This document shows positions 60,210 through 64,000 of a stretch of 64,000 bases of DNA, in pieces. Under the pieces are notes generated by a model, which worked only from the letters and a program-made list of their open reading frames with translations, was not told the DNA's origin and ran no database searches. This stretch comes from Minisyncoccia bacterium. Its GTDB lineage: Bacteria > Patescibacteriota > Minisyncoccia > Phycocordibacterales > UBA9973. The stretch's first letter is position 1. Each line of letters starts with the position of its first letter. The DNA lies in assembly GCA_038249055.1 (NCBI GenBank), contig JBBRWS010000002.1, forward strand, positions 14,118 to 78,117. The letters run 5' to 3'. A program made the translations under genes and the position numbers.

Positions 60210-60773
60210 GGATTTACACTCGTAGAGTTAATGGTAGCGACTTCTATTTTTGTTATTATTATGCTTGCTTCTATGGGTTCTTTGTTTACTCTTTTAGATG
60301 CATCAAAAAGTTCAAGAGCTTTACGTTTTGCCATGGATAATGTCAACTTTGCGATGGAAAGTATGACTCGCTCTATTCGAATGGGCACTAATTATATATG
60401 TATCATAGGAGAAACAGGCATTCCTATGACTAATAATCCAGATAGTACAGCGAATTGCCCAAGTGGTGGGAATTTTATTGCTTTTATTCCTCAGCCATAT
60501 ACAGGGTATGTTGCTGGTACTCGAATTGGTTATAAATTAAGTTTAAGAGCTGATGGTGTTACAAATACAATAAATCGATGTGAAGGTTCAACTTGTGTTC
60601 CTATCGTTTCTCCTGATGTTGATATAAAAAATCTAAAATTTATTGTAAAAGGTTCAGACCCTGTTGATGGATTACAAGCAAATGTTTTTATGATTATTAA
60701 AGGTTCAGTTATGGTTAAAGGAGTTGAAACTTCATTTTCTATACAAACTTTAGCATCTCAGCGTAATTTCTAA
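60180..60773 (+). CDS. minor pilin (PilW-like)
   Basis: KG|FTLVELMVA; MESMTRSIRMG. Confidence 0.88.
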   Translation: MKTSYTKINKGFTLVELMVATSIFVIIMLASMGSLFTLLDASKSSRALRFAMDNVNFAMESMTRSIRMGTNYICIIGETGIPMTNNPDSTANCPSGGNFIAFIPQPYTGYVAGTRIGYKLSLRADGVTNTINRCEGSTCVPIVSPDVDIKNLKFIVKGSDPVDGLQANVFMIIKGSVMVKGVETSFSIQTLASQRNF

Positions 60774-60780
60774 ATAAATA

Positions 60781-60906
60781 TACCTGTCCCGTTAGAAGTC
60801 GCAATCATAAAGTAAATAAAAATAAATTATGAAAACAATTTACACAAAAATAAATAATATAATAAATCTGACAAGTGGATTGCGAGCGGTTACTTCTAAT
60901 GGGATG
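60781..60906 (+). repeat. start-codon inverted-repeat element (copy at PilV-like pilin)
   Basis: TACCTGTCCCGTTAGAAGTCGCAATC ... GATTGCGAGCGGTTACTTCTAATGGG-ATG. Confidence 0.88.
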
Positions 60907-61488
60907 ATAAATAATATTTATAAAAAAAATAATAAAATGTCTGGTTTTACTCTCGTTGAAACAATGGTTGCAGTTTTAATACTGACTCTCACTATTGTTA
61001 GTTTAATGACAGTTGTTGCCAACAGTTTATTTGCGGCTAGGTATGCAAGAGATGAGATTACTTCAGGCTATCTTTTACAAGAAGTAATCGACTTTATTAG
61101 AAATGACCGGGACACAAGTGTTTTCCTTCAAAATGCAGCAACTACAGATGCCGCTTGGGCTACTTTTACATCTCGTTATAATGTTTGTAAAGCATCTACT
61201 GGTGGTTGTTATTTTGACGTATTTGGTGGTGGTATATCAACTCCAACTTCATGCTCCGGTGTTACCAATTGTCGAGATTTATATTATGATGCAGCTGCAG
61301 ATATTACACCATATTATGTGAATGATAATACGACTACAGGAGGGAAGGTAAGATCTGGCTATCAGAGAAAAATAGTAGTTGAAACGACAGGAGATGAAAT
61401 GGTTATTACTGTTACAGTTTTTTGGAAAAATGGAGGTTTATCTAAATCAAGAACTCTCGTTAATACTTTAATGAAATGGCAGTCATAA
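60904..61488 (+). CDS. minor pilin (PilV-like)
   Basis: SG|FTLVETMVA; QEVIDFIRNDRD; start 60904 (60829 is also in frame). Confidence 0.85.
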   Translation: MINNIYKKNNKMSGFTLVETMVAVLILTLTIVSLMTVVANSLFAARYARDEITSGYLLQEVIDFIRNDRDTSVFLQNAATTDAAWATFTSRYNVCKASTGGCYFDVFGGGISTPTSCSGVTNCRDLYYDAAADITPYYVNDNTTTGGKVRSGYQRKIVVETTGDEMVITVTVFWKNGGLSKSRTLVNTLMKWQS

Positions 61489-61492
61489 AAAA

Positions 61493-61981
61493 ATGATAAA
61501 AACTTTTTTAAAAAATAAAAAGAAGGGAGGTTATGCTATTTTATTTACAGTGGTAATAGTTAGTGCTATTTCTGTTATTACTGCTGGTTTATCAAATACA
61601 GCCTATAAACAGCTCATACTTTCTTCTTTAGCAAAAGATTCACAGGCTGCATTTTATGAGGCAGATACTGCTTCAGATTGTGCTTTATATGTAGATAGAA
61701 TAGTGGGTTCAACTCCACCAAACATTACTACCACTGGCGGGGATTGGAGTTGTGGAGGTATCGATTTAGTTATAATTAATGCTTCAGCAAATGGTTATAC
61801 AATAAATCCAAAATCACCCGCTGATACTTCTACAGATCCTTGTTTTAGAATAAAGGTTACAAAGACTGTTATAGCTGGACCGCTTACACAAACTACTATA
61901 TCAGCAAAAGGATACAATATTTGTAATTTAACTAATTTAAGAACGGTTGAGCGTGAGGTTCTAATTAATTTTTCAGAATAA
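61493..61981 (+). CDS. PilX-like minor pilin
   Basis: GG|YAILFTVV without Glu5; SQAAFYEADTASDCALY. Confidence 0.8.
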   Translation: MIKTFLKNKKKGGYAILFTVVIVSAISVITAGLSNTAYKQLILSSLAKDSQAAFYEADTASDCALYVDRIVGSTPPNITTTGGDWSCGGIDLVIINASANGYTINPKSPADTSTDPCFRIKVTKTVIAGPLTQTTISAKGYNICNLTNLRTVEREVLINFSE

Positions 61982-61989
61982 TTTATTTT

Positions 61990-64000
<2,011 letters not shown>

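Overview
AT-rich bacterial chromosome segment, most consistent with a Patescibacteria/CPR (Parcubacteria-like) genome. Supporting signs are no rpmD between rpsE and rplO, a CPR-style VirB4/VirD4-like ATPase, a large type IV pilus cluster with many pilins, and many apparently leaderless genes. It carries the distal spc operon (rpsN to secY, then adk, pyrH, map), ndk, infC-rpmI-rplT, truB, a phosphohexomutase, an orphan-gene island downstream of tmRNA, smpB, ftsH, recG, eno, comF, the pil cluster and ligA (partial). It also has three tRNA genes, two with unusual anticodons (Ile-UAU, Ser-ACU), and a probable 6S RNA. The most striking content is non-coding, in three families. (1) tRNA/tmRNA-tailored arrays: one conserved structured scaffold is rebuilt around an inverted copy of the T-arm and acceptor sequence of whichever RNA gene it follows (three loci). 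(2) 100-125 bp inverted-repeat elements whose 3' arm ends at the ATG of seven genes, two with a 6-bp ATG-containing direct repeat. (3) Modular palindromes that nest in each other and sit in frame inside truB and the LigA zinc finger, and possibly the phosphohexomutase. All calls were made by eye; no searches or folding programs were run.
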